A stretch of 64,000 nt of DNA, taken from assembly GCA_964411555.1 (NCBI GenBank), contig CAYPLF010000007.1:689-64688 (forward strand), given 5' to 3'. A program made the position numbers and the translations under genes. This document shows positions 29,082-37,483 of the stretch, piece after piece (the first letter of the stretch is position 1; the number at the start of each line of letters is the position of its first letter). Under the pieces are notes generated by a model. The model was not told the origin of the DNA. It was given only the letters and a program-made list of their open reading frames with translations, and searched no databases. The stretch is from an uncultured Bacteroidales bacterium (GTDB taxonomy: Bacteria; Bacteroidota; Bacteroidia; Bacteroidales; UBA1402).

Positions 29082-31037
29082 TTACTTGAGTGAGTGATAA
29101 TTGTATTTGTTGTAGGGATTTTTCCCTTCCGGCGTCATCAGAAACTCCAACAGGTCGGCATACCGCTGTTCAATTTTCCCGCGGACCATCTTCATGGTAC
29201 TGTTCATCTGCTGGTTTTGTTCGTTGAAATCTTCCTCCAACAGGGCAAAAGCCGAAGGCAACCAGCGCTCCGGAAATACGTCGGCGTGTTTTCCGGTTTT
29301 CTTGTACTCGTTGATGGCATCCTGTACCAATGCAATGGCCTTGTTTCTTCCGGCTTCAGTATCCAATGCACAACCGGCACGTTTGAAGGCATCGATGTTC
29401 GGCACAATCAAAGCTACCGTGTAGGGACTCTGGTTGTTGTACAGCATCACCTGTTCAATGTACGGACTGAGTGTGACCAGTGACTCTTCAATGCCTTCCG
29501 GACTGTATTTCTCGCCATCACTGCCTATCAATAAACTTTTGGAACGGCCATAGACGTTGAGGAAGCCATCTTTGTCCAGCAAACCCAGGTCACCGGTGTA
29601 CAACCAGCCGTCCTTGATGGTGGCTGCGGTGGCCTGCGGGTTTTTCCAGTAGCCGGCCATGACATTCTCTCCGCGTATGACGATTTCGCCTTTATGGTTG
29701 GGAGGCAGCACATTTCCTGCTTCATCCCGGATGGTCACTTCCACGCCCTTGGCAGGCATTCCCGAGGTACCCAGCTTGTGCTTGGCAAAGGAATTGGAGG
29801 AAATGACAGGCGTGGCTTCAGACAAACCGTATCCCTGGAACATGGGAATGCCGGTGGCATACCAGAACTTCTGCATGTCGATGTCCAGGTAAGCGCCTCC
29901 GTCGACAAAGAACTGCAGCTTGCCGCCCAGCCCTTTGCGTAGGCTGGAAAACAACAGTTTGTCGAACAGGAGCACCAGTGGTCGGAGCAGCCAGGAAAAA
30001 TGCCTTCCCTTGTTGTACCCTTCCTTATAGTAAGCCATATTGATGTTCACCGCAGCATTGAACAATTTTTCCACCAAGGGTCCCATGTTCCGGATGGAGG
30101 TTTCCACGTTCTTGCGGAAGGTCTTGGCTAAGGCCGGTACCGTCATCACCACATCGGGTTGGAATTCCTGCAAGGCGATGGGAATGTTTTTGATGTATTC
30201 AAACAACGTCTTTCCGGTAGGAACGGTGGCAATGCCCCCACCCCTATGGATAAAAGTATAGAACCCGGTTACATGCGCAAAGCAGTGGTCCAAAGGAAGT
30301 ATCAACAGTGTTCTGAAGTATTCGGGCACATTGACGGCCGACAACGAATGTTCCACATTGGCCGTAAAGTTGCGGTGTGTCAGCATGACACCCTTGGGGT
30401 CTGCTGTGGTGCCGGAGGTATAGGTAATGTTGGCCAGGTCGCTTCCCTGGATGGAACGGGCCACAGCCATCAAGGCATCGGGATGCTCCTCGTTCCACTG
30501 TTCGCCCAGCTCAATAAGCTGGTCCAGGTTCATTTCGCCGGAAAGCAGGTCGTTGGCACCCAGTCCGATGACAATTACTTTTTCCAAAAACGGGAGGTCA
30601 TTCCGGATGGCCCTTATTTTCGCTACCTGTGACTGCGAGACCAGCAAGATGCGGGCTTCAGAATGGTTCAACCTGAACTGCAAATCGCTGGATTGGGTCA
30701 ATTTCACCGACAAAGGCACGTTTACACCACCCGCATACATCATGGCCAGTTCACCCAGAATCCAGGCGTTGCAGCCTTCCGAAAGCAAAGCCAGACGGTT
30801 GCCTTTTTTGATACCAAGCCCCATAAATCCGCCCCCCATGGCTAGCATCAACTCCCTACCCTTGTTGTAGGTTATCGAACGGTACCTGGAATCACGTTCC
30901 CACAAGAACGGTTTGTCGCCATACCGGGAAACAGCGTGCTCAAACAGGTCGATCAGCGTTTCGTTGTGGTGTTCTTCGAAATGAACCTTCTTTTTCCGTA
31001 GAATATTGATGTCGATTCGTCTTTTTTGAGGTGTCAT
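29082..31037 (-). CDS. AMP-forming long-chain acyl-CoA ligase (FadD-like)
   Basis: 651 aa. AMP-binding motifs YTSGTTADPKGV, ..GYGLSEATP.., ..TGDLG.., ..GEKYSPEGIE... Confidence 0.85.
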   Translation of the reverse strand: MTPQKRRIDINILRKKKVHFEEHHNETLIDLFEHAVSRYGDKPFLWERDSRYRSITYNKGRELMLAMGGGFMGLGIKKGNRLALLSEGCNAWILGELAMMYAGGVNVPLSVKLTQSSDLQFRLNHSEARILLVSQSQVAKIRAIRNDLPFLEKVIVIGLGANDLLSGEMNLDQLIELGEQWNEEHPDALMAVARSIQGSDLANITYTSGTTADPKGVMLTHRNFTANVEHSLSAVNVPEYFRTLLILPLDHCFAHVTGFYTFIHRGGGIATVPTGKTLFEYIKNIPIALQEFQPDVVMTVPALAKTFRKNVETSIRNMGPLVEKLFNAAVNINMAYYKEGYNKGRHFSWLLRPLVLLFDKLLFSSLRKGLGGKLQFFVDGGAYLDIDMQKFWYATGIPMFQGYGLSEATPVISSNSFAKHKLGTSGMPAKGVEVTIRDEAGNVLPPNHKGEIVIRGENVMAGYWKNPQATAATIKDGWLYTGDLGLLDKDGFLNVYGRSKSLLIGSDGEKYSPEGIEESLVTLSPYIEQVMLYNNQSPYTVALIVPNIDAFKRAGCALDTEAGRNKAIALVQDAINEYKKTGKHADVFPERWLPSAFALLEEDFNEQNQQMNSTMKMVRGKIEQRYADLLEFLMTPEGKNPYNKYNYHSLK

Positions 31038-31048
31038 CGGCTAGGCAG

Positions 31049-32938
31049 TTAGTTGAATGCGTTAAGGTTTTGCTCATTGAAGGCTTGTTTGCCTTCGGCT
31101 GTCATCAAGTAGTCCAGGCGTTTAGCGTATTTCTTCTCAATTTTTCCGCGAACCAGTTTCATGGTACTGTTCATGAGCTGATTTTGTTCCGTAAAGGCTT
31201 CATCCAACACGGCAATGGCAGCCGGCAACCAGCGTTCGGGGAACTGTCCCTCGTAGGCGCCTCCTTTTTTGAACGCGTTGACGGAGTCGACAATCAACTG
31301 GATCGCTGCCTTTTTCCCTTCGGCTGAATCGATGTTTGGTACGGCTCGTTTCAGGGCTTCCTTGCTGGGAACGACCAGCGCCACGGTGTACGGACTTTGG
31401 TTGTTGTACAACAACACTTGGTCTATGTAGGGCGATAGGGTCACCAGGGATTCTTCAATGCCTTCAGGGCTGTATTTCTCACCGTCACTGGCAATCAACA
31501 GACTCTTGAAGCGGCCGTACACATACAGGAATCCATCTTTGTCCATAGCTCCCAAATCGCCGGTGTACAACCAGCCATCCTTGATGGTGTCGGCCGTTGC
31601 CTGAGGATTCTTCCAATAACCGGCCATCACGTTTTCGCCCTTAATGACGATTTCTCCGCGTTCCCCTACGGGCAGAATGTTTCCTTTTTCGTCGCGGATG
31701 GTCATTTCCATGTTGCTGACCAAATAACCCGATGAACCGAGTTTGTGGTGTTCCTGTCCATTGGAAGAAATGACCGGCGTGGCTTCGGATAGACCGTATC
31801 CCTGGAACATGGGAATGCCAATGGCGTACCAGAATTTTTGCATATCGATGTCGAGCAAGGCGCCTCCTCCTACGAAGAAGTCCAGCTTCCCGCCCATGGC
31901 ATCGCGCAGTTTTGAGAAGACTACTTTATCAAATATGTCTACCAAAGGCCTGAGCAACCAAGTGCCTTTTGATCCCTTGTTGTAGCCCTCCTTGTTGTAG
32001 GCAATGGCTACTTTCAGCCCCCAGTTGAACAGGGTTTCCACCACCTTGCCCTTTTCCCTGACCCCTTTTTCGATGTTGCCCTTGAAGCTCTTGGCCAATG
32101 CGGGCACGCTCAGTAAGAGGTTGGGTTGTATTTCCTTGATGGACAGTGGAATGTTCTTCAACGATTCCATGGGCGTTTTGCCCACAGGCACCGTAGCCAA
32201 ACTGGCGCCTGAAGCCATAAAACTGTAGAATCCGGCTACATGGGCGAAGCAATGGTCCAAGGGCAAGATAAGCAGGGTCTTATACGTGGTAGGGATGCTC
32301 ATCAACGACAGGGATTGCTCCACATTGGCCGTGTAATTGCGGTGCGTAAGCAGGATGCCTTTCGGGTCGGCGGTAGTGCCGGATGTATAGGAAATGTTGG
32401 CGTAATCGTCGTTTTGTACTGCGGCTGCTACGGCATTCAACTCCCCGGGATGGGCTGCATTCCAGGCCACTCCTTTTTCGTACAGGCTGTCAAGGGTGCT
32501 TTCACCAGCTTGCAGATCTTTTTCCGAAGCGCCGAAAACGATGATGCCTTCCACGGTTTTCAGCGATTCACGTATGGCCCTGATTTTCGGCAGTTGGGTT
32601 AATGAAGTCATGACGAAACGGGCGTCGGAATGGTTCATTCTGAAAATCAAGTCGTTCGGTTCGTTCAGTTTGATGGACAAGGGCACGTTGACACCGCCTG
32701 CGTGCAATATGGCCAGTTCACCGATAATCCAGGCGTTGCAGCCTTCCGACAACAGCGCCACACGGTCGCCTTTCTGTACGCCCATGTCCATAAGGCCACC
32801 TCCCAGTTCCATTACGCGTTCTTGAACTTCTGCATAGGTGGTTGGCTGGAAACCTTGTTCGTTCCGTTCCCACAGGAATGGATTGCCGCTGTATTGCCGC
32901 ACACAGTCGTTGAACAAATCGATGATGGTCTTCTTCAT
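31049..32938 (-). CDS. AMP-forming long-chain acyl-CoA ligase (tandem paralog)
   Basis: 629 aa, with the same motif set (YTSGTTADPKGI, GYGLSEATP, TGDLG). It is colinear with the downstream paralog along its full length. Confidence 0.85.
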   Translation of the reverse strand: MKKTIIDLFNDCVRQYSGNPFLWERNEQGFQPTTYAEVQERVMELGGGLMDMGVQKGDRVALLSEGCNAWIIGELAILHAGGVNVPLSIKLNEPNDLIFRMNHSDARFVMTSLTQLPKIRAIRESLKTVEGIIVFGASEKDLQAGESTLDSLYEKGVAWNAAHPGELNAVAAAVQNDDYANISYTSGTTADPKGILLTHRNYTANVEQSLSLMSIPTTYKTLLILPLDHCFAHVAGFYSFMASGASLATVPVGKTPMESLKNIPLSIKEIQPNLLLSVPALAKSFKGNIEKGVREKGKVVETLFNWGLKVAIAYNKEGYNKGSKGTWLLRPLVDIFDKVVFSKLRDAMGGKLDFFVGGGALLDIDMQKFWYAIGIPMFQGYGLSEATPVISSNGQEHHKLGSSGYLVSNMEMTIRDEKGNILPVGERGEIVIKGENVMAGYWKNPQATADTIKDGWLYTGDLGAMDKDGFLYVYGRFKSLLIASDGEKYSPEGIEESLVTLSPYIDQVLLYNNQSPYTVALVVPSKEALKRAVPNIDSAEGKKAAIQLIVDSVNAFKKGGAYEGQFPERWLPAAIAVLDEAFTEQNQLMNSTMKLVRGKIEKKYAKRLDYLMTAEGKQAFNEQNLNAFN

Positions 32939-32973
32939 GGTTATTGGCTATAAGGTATAAACTCCTCAGTGTA

Positions 32974-33552
32974 TTATCGGTTGTCTGCCAGCTGTCTCCC
33001 GGCTGCAAGTGCTTTCAGGTTCATGGCAACAATTTCTTCGCCTTTACGACCGAAAAGATGGGCGATGCCGGCTTCTATTGCGCTGTACGGCATATCCATA
33101 AAGGGTGTGGCCGCTCCCAGCATGACCATGTTGGCCACGCGGACCGAGCCCAGTTCCTTGGCGATGGCGTCCACATCGAGAATGATGGTGCGGGGGCGTG
33201 CTTGTAGCGTGTTCAGCAACTCGGCTTCATCCGGGTAATTTGGGATGTTGATAAGCGGAGTCTTGTTGGTGACCAACCAGCCTTCGGGCGATAGCCATTC
33301 GGCGTAGCGCAGGCCTTCCATGGGTTCCAGGGCTATGATCAAATCGGCCTTTCCTCGGCTGATAAGGTCGGAATAGATGGGTGTGGAGGAAACACGCAGG
33401 TTCGACTGGACGTCGCCGCCGCGTTGGCTCATGCCGTGTACTTCGGCCTGCTTCAGGTATAAGCCTTGCCGGACGGCGGCTTCACCGATGACGGCAGCTA
33501 TGGACAGGATGCCTTGTCCACCCACGCCGGATAGTATGATGTCTGCTTTCAT
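32974..33552 (-). CDS. iorB: Indolepyruvate:ferredoxin oxidoreductase subunit beta
   Basis: 192 aa. MKADIILSGVGGQGILS.. (gamma-domain type). It abuts the iorA stop with no gap. Confidence 0.85.
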   Translation of the reverse strand: MKADIILSGVGGQGILSIAAVIGEAAVRQGLYLKQAEVHGMSQRGGDVQSNLRVSSTPIYSDLISRGKADLIIALEPMEGLRYAEWLSPEGWLVTNKTPLINIPNYPDEAELLNTLQARPRTIILDVDAIAKELGSVRVANMVMLGAATPFMDMPYSAIEAGIAHLFGRKGEEIVAMNLKALAAGRQLADNR

Positions 33553-35142
33553 TTACTTACGTTTTTTTCTGGACAGGGTTTGGATGCACTCGCGGCGGGG
33601 AATAATCACGGAAACGCCCCGGTAGGCCATTTCGTCGCGTAACAGCTGCACCATTTCGTCGTAGTTCTTTTTCAAGGGCACCATGACGTGCAGGTGTTCG
33701 GGTTCAACGCCCAGACCCAGACAGATGGCTTCCAGCTTCCCGGTTCCGGCTGAATCCTGTCCGCCAGTCATGCCGGTGGTTTCGTTGTCGGAAATGATGA
33801 CGGTGATGGGCGATTGTTCGTTGATGGCGTCCAGCAGCGAGGTCATGCCCGAATGGGTGAAGGTGGAGTCGCCAATCACGGCCACAGCATGCTCCAGGCC
33901 TGCATCGGCAGCGCCTTTGGCCATGGTGATGGAAGCACCCATGTCTACGCAGGTGTGCATGGCACGGAACGGGGGCAGATACCCCAACGTGTAGCAACCA
34001 ATGTCGCCGAAGATGCGGCAGGTTTCTTCGTGTTCGTGGTACACCACCTGCAGGGCTTCAAACACATCGCGGTGTCCACAGCCTACGCACAACGAGGGCG
34101 GACGTACCTTGACCAGTTCGGAAACCGGCACTTCTGTCTGTGTATCAAATCCCAATGCTTTGCCCACAATGTCCGGATTCAATTCACCGGTGCGTGGCAG
34201 GAATCCGTTTGTCCTTCCTTTTACTATCGGTCCAAGCTTCAACAGGCCGGCAATGGCTTCCTCGATGAGCGGATATCCTTCTTCAATCACGACCAATTCG
34301 TCGCAGTTGTCGTTCAATTGCTGGATCAATTCCACGGGAAGCGGGTACTGCCCAATTTTCAACACGGGATACGGGCATCCGTCGGGGTAGTTTTCCATCA
34401 GGTAGTTGAAAGCAATGCCGGAGGCGATGAATCCGCGGCTACTGTCCTTACCGGGTATGAGTTGGTTGTAAGACGACTGCGTGGATTGCTGTAGGAAAGC
34501 GGGTTGTTTGTCGAGCAAGGCCTGGTAATTTACGCGGGCGTTGACGGGCAACAGTACGAATTGCCTAGGGTTCGTGGAAAAATGCATCGTGTTTTGTGGA
34601 CGGACCTCGCGGCTGGTTACGCCGGAACGTGAATGGGCCAAGCGTGTCGTAATGCGCAGCATGACGGGTGTGCCCAGGGATTCTGACAGGTCAAAGGCGT
34701 CAAACACCATATCGTACGCTTCCTGTTGGTTGGAGGGCTCGAAAATGGGTATCAGGGCGAATTGTCCGTAGAAACGTGAGTCTTGTTCGTTTTGCGAGGA
34801 GTGCATGGAGGGGTCGTCGGCGCCCACAAAGACCAATCCGCCCACCACGCCCGTTACAGCTGCGTTCATGAAGGCATCGGCGGCTACGTTGACACCTACG
34901 TGCTTCATGCAGACCAGGGCGCGTTTGCCGGCAAAGGATAGTCCCAGTGCGGCTTCCATGGCTGTTTTTTCATTGACGCACCAGTGTGAATGGATGTGTT
35001 CCGCTGCAGACTTTGGTGAGGCTTGGATGTATTCGGTGATTTCGGTGGAGGGGGTGCCGGGATAGGCGTATACGCCGGAGATACCCGCATCCAAGGCCGC
35101 TTGGGCTATGGCTTCGTCACCCAGCAAAAGTGAACTGTTCAT
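33553..35142 (-). CDS. iorA: Indolepyruvate:ferredoxin oxidoreductase subunit alpha (ThDP-dependent)
   Basis: 529 aa. LLLGDEAIAQAALDAGISGVYAYPGTPSTEI.., ..CVGCGH.., ..GDSTFTHSG... Confidence 0.85.
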   Translation of the reverse strand: MNSSLLLGDEAIAQAALDAGISGVYAYPGTPSTEITEYIQASPKSAAEHIHSHWCVNEKTAMEAALGLSFAGKRALVCMKHVGVNVAADAFMNAAVTGVVGGLVFVGADDPSMHSSQNEQDSRFYGQFALIPIFEPSNQQEAYDMVFDAFDLSESLGTPVMLRITTRLAHSRSGVTSREVRPQNTMHFSTNPRQFVLLPVNARVNYQALLDKQPAFLQQSTQSSYNQLIPGKDSSRGFIASGIAFNYLMENYPDGCPYPVLKIGQYPLPVELIQQLNDNCDELVVIEEGYPLIEEAIAGLLKLGPIVKGRTNGFLPRTGELNPDIVGKALGFDTQTEVPVSELVKVRPPSLCVGCGHRDVFEALQVVYHEHEETCRIFGDIGCYTLGYLPPFRAMHTCVDMGASITMAKGAADAGLEHAVAVIGDSTFTHSGMTSLLDAINEQSPITVIISDNETTGMTGGQDSAGTGKLEAICLGLGVEPEHLHVMVPLKKNYDEMVQLLRDEMAYRGVSVIIPRRECIQTLSRKKRK

Positions 35143-35178
35143 GTAGTCAACTAATTATTGTTCGTGAAGGTACTCATT

Positions 35179-36207
35179 TTATTCGGTGATGCCGCGTTCG
35201 TTCAGGGCCTTGTGGTAGGCGGCTGCGTTTCTGGCGTGTTGGTTCAGGGTGGTTGCAAAGGCGTGGTAGCCGGAGAAATCGGCTTTGGCGCACATGTACA
35301 GGTAGGAATGGCGTTGGGCGTTCAGCACGGCTTCGATGGCCCGGATGGAGGTGATGCGGATGGGTCCGGGGGGCAATCCTGTGTTTAAATAGGTGTTGTA
35401 CGGTGATTTGATGCTGATGAGTTTGTGGTAAATGCGTCGAAGCGTCAAATCGCCGGCTGCGTATTTCAGCGTGGGGTCGGCTTGCAAGGGCATGTCTATG
35501 CTCAGGCGGTTCAAGTACAATCCGGCTACTTTCGACATTTCGTCGCCTTTGTTGGTTTCTTCTTCCACGATGGAAGCCAGGGTTTGGGCTTCTACCGGTG
35601 TCAGGTGGTGTCGTTTGGCGGCATCTACGCGCGATTCGTGCCAGAAGTTGTGGTATTCTCTGATCAATAAGTCGCGGATGGCTTCGGGTCTGGCGTTCCA
35701 CCAGGCTTCGTAGGTATTGGGTAAAAAGGCGCAGATGTAGGTGTATTCGTTGAATCCTTCTTTGTGCATCCAGGCTGTGTCTTTCAGGCAGTTCAGCAGG
35801 CTGACGGAATCTACCAGCAACTGGTTGGAGAGCCGGGCTGCCAGTTGTTCTACGGTGCGTACGTTGTTGAAGGTCAACCGTACCGGAGTTTGAATGCCTG
35901 ATTTCAGGCGTCTGACTAGTTTGAAGTCGGACAGACCGGGTTCAAGTTTGTAATGGCCTGATTTAAACGGGGGTTTGTAGCCAAGTCGGTCCATCATAAA
36001 GGCTATACGGCCTGTTTTTTCTATTTTCCCTGCTTCTTTCAGGTGTTTGAGGATGGTTGCTTTGGTGTCGTCGGGATAGACGTAGAAGCTTACCGGGTCT
36101 TCGTTGTTGAGGGATGTGTGACTGAAGGTCAGTGCGGCTACTAAAACCAGCAATAATGCTACTCCTAGGGCGATTATTCTTGGTTTTTTATTTTTTAAAA
36201 ATTTCAT
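35179..36207 (-). CDS. mltG: Endolytic murein transglycosylase MltG (YceG-like)
   Basis: 343 aa counted from the internal ATG at 36207 (MKFLKNKKPRIIALGVALLLVLV.. TM anchor). YceG motifs ..ASIVEEE.. and ..LQADPT.. are present. The track's longer ORF (to 36432) runs antisense through tRNA-Ser and past a promoter box. Confidence 0.85.
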   Translation of the reverse strand: MKFLKNKKPRIIALGVALLLVLVAALTFSHTSLNNEDPVSFYVYPDDTKATILKHLKEAGKIEKTGRIAFMMDRLGYKPPFKSGHYKLEPGLSDFKLVRRLKSGIQTPVRLTFNNVRTVEQLAARLSNQLLVDSVSLLNCLKDTAWMHKEGFNEYTYICAFLPNTYEAWWNARPEAIRDLLIREYHNFWHESRVDAAKRHHLTPVEAQTLASIVEEETNKGDEMSKVAGLYLNRLSIDMPLQADPTLKYAAGDLTLRRIYHKLISIKSPYNTYLNTGLPPGPIRITSIRAIEAVLNAQRHSYLYMCAKADFSGYHAFATTLNQHARNAAAYHKALNERGITE

Positions 36208-36227
36208 GTTTGGGTTGTTTTCTGTCC

Positions 36228-36235
36228 CAAAAATA
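36228..36235 (-). promoter_or_regulatory. -7 promoter box (TATTTTTG on the minus strand) for mltG and the downstream string
   Basis: Exact TAnnTTTG; 20 nt lie between the box and the ATG at 36207. Confidence 0.5.
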
Positions 36236-36291
36236 GCCTTTTTTTTTAGAATAAATACAGGGGCATTTTTTGGTGGGTTAAAAGTCTTTTC

Positions 36292-36299
36292 TATCTTTG
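36292..36299 (+). promoter_or_regulatory. -7 promoter box (TATCTTTG) for tRNA-Ser
   Basis: Exact TAnnTTTG; 28 nt lie between the box and the tRNA 5' end. Confidence 0.55.
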
Positions 36300-36327
36300 C
36301 ACCTCGAAAAGCGTTTAGCGCGTACCC

Positions 36328-36414
36328 GGAAGGATGGGTGAGTGGCTGAAACCAACAGTTTGCTAAACTGTCGTACGGGTAACCGTACCGGGGGTTCGAA
36401 TCCCCCTTCTTCCG
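36328..36414 (+). tRNA. tRNA-Ser (anticodon GCU), type II with a long variable arm
   Basis: Folded by hand. Acceptor GGAAGGA/TTCTTCC (one G-U). Anticodon stem ACAGT/ACTGT with loop TTGCTAA. Variable arm GTACGG-gtaa-CCGTAC. T-arm GGGGG-TTCGAAT-CCCCC. Discriminator G. CCA is not encoded. Confidence 0.9.
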
Positions 36415-36420
36415 CCCTAA

Positions 36421-36470
36421 GGAGGGTCTCACTAAGCACCACGCTTAAGAGACTCTCCCTTTTGGTTTTA
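36421..36470 (+). terminator. Rho-independent terminator of tRNA-Ser
   Basis: 10-bp stem GGAGGGTCTC/GAGACTCTCC (one G-U), with an inner TAAG/CTTA extension, followed by CTTTTGGTTTT. Confidence 0.6.
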
Positions 36471-36528
36471 AATGGCTGAATTTAAAGCAAGAAAAGCGCC
36501 TTCCAAGCTAAGAGAAAGTCTCCGTTCT

Positions 36529-36708
36529 GCCGGCAGGATAGTCTGTGGCTCCGACTTGAGTCGCTAAAAACACTTCGCGCTTCCAGCTAAAACGTCAAAG
36601 CGTCAGTCACTGCGTTCCTTCCTCGGAAGATGACGTTTTTTTACGCCTCCAGCACTCGGTTTTCTTCACGCGCCTCAGCGCAACTACGCCACAGACTACC
36701 CTACCGGC
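36529..36708. repeat. About 180-nt imperfect palindrome in ORF-free DNA (candidate structured RNA or MITE-like relic)
   Basis: Outer arms 36529..36549 GCCGGCAGGATAGTCTGTGGC and 36688..36708 GCCACAGACTACCCTACCGGC pair at 19/21. The middle stem is 36556..36564 / 36670..36678. The apical stem is 36589..36597 AAAACGTCA / 36631..36639 TGACGTTTT. A large unpaired internal loop lies between the middle and apical stems. Confidence 0.7.
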
Positions 36709-36994
36709 TCCACTGCAACCCCCTCCGATCAACCCCGTGAACCTAAACCAAACAATTCTTTATCAAAAGATAGGAAAATTCTCAAATCAACTGTAACTTC
36801 AACGCTTTTTAACCTATAAATGATTTTTCTGTTAATCCTTATAGTGAATAAACGAAAAATATCAGTACTAATTCGTTTATAGGTTTAGCATTCATATAAT
36901 GTAAAAGACACTACTGAACATATTAGTTTTTATTTCGACATTTTCAATAGCAGTCGGTCAATCAACTCTTTACCACAGACTTGCTGACTCAACT

Positions 36995-37483
36995 TTGACG
37001 TTGACAAAACAAATCGTTCGTTACGACCCAGCATACTTTCAACTAGATTATCCAAATGGAGATGTTCCAAAAGACAAAGGTGTGTGCACTGACGTTGTCA
37101 TCAGAGCTTATAGAAAAATGGGAATTGATTTACAAAAAGAAGTTCATGAAGATATGAAATCAAACTTCTCAAAATACCCCAAAAATTGGGGACTAACTAA
37201 ACCCGACAAAAATATTGACCATAGACGAGTTCCTAACTTAATGACTTTTTTTGCCAGACATGGGGCAACCAAACCAATTACGACCAACTCAAAGGACTAT
37301 CTGCCAGGCGACATTGTTTGTTGGAAACTTGGTGGTTCAGTGACACATATTGGAATAGTAGTGAATATAAAATCCGCAGACGGACAAAGACATTTAATCG
37401 TACATAACATTGGTGGTGGACAAGTCATGGAAGACTGTTTGTTTCACTTCAAAATAATTGGACATTATCACTATGAAAAGTGA
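36995..37483 (+). CDS. DUF1287 domain protein; the signal-peptide region is separated from its ATG by an in-frame TAA
   Basis: YDPAYFQLDYPNGDVPKDKGVCTDVVIRAYRKMGIDLQ..IDHRRVPNLMTFFARHG is typical DUF1287. The track start is a TTG at 36995. The open frame actually extends upstream to the TAA at 36902..36904. Confidence 0.7.
   Translation: MTLTKQIVRYDPAYFQLDYPNGDVPKDKGVCTDVVIRAYRKMGIDLQKEVHEDMKSNFSKYPKNWGLTKPDKNIDHRRVPNLMTFFARHGATKPITTNSKDYLPGDIVCWKLGGSVTHIGIVVNIKSADGQRHLIVHNIGGGQVMEDCLFHFKIIGHYHYEK

Noticed and set aside
36208-36432. N-terminal 75 codons of the ORF-track mltG model (35179..36432)
   Set aside because: The extension runs antisense straight through tRNA-Ser (36328..36414) and past a TAnnTTTG box. 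The internal ATG at 36207 gives the normal MltG N-terminal TM anchor.
36496-36655. Three CGC(C)TTCCA(A)GC copies considered as a degenerate tandem protein-coding repeat
   Set aside because: All three reading frames on both strands are interrupted by stops (for example, two in-frame stops at 36565 and 36631 in the best frame), so it is not coding. The copies are kept as part of the structured-element finding.
36690-36720. GGCTCCAC string resembling the 3' end of tmRNA
   Set aside because: No T-arm (GGTTCGAnnCC) precedes it, there is no tRNA-like acceptor pairing, and no tag reading frame. The resemblance is limited to a few bases.
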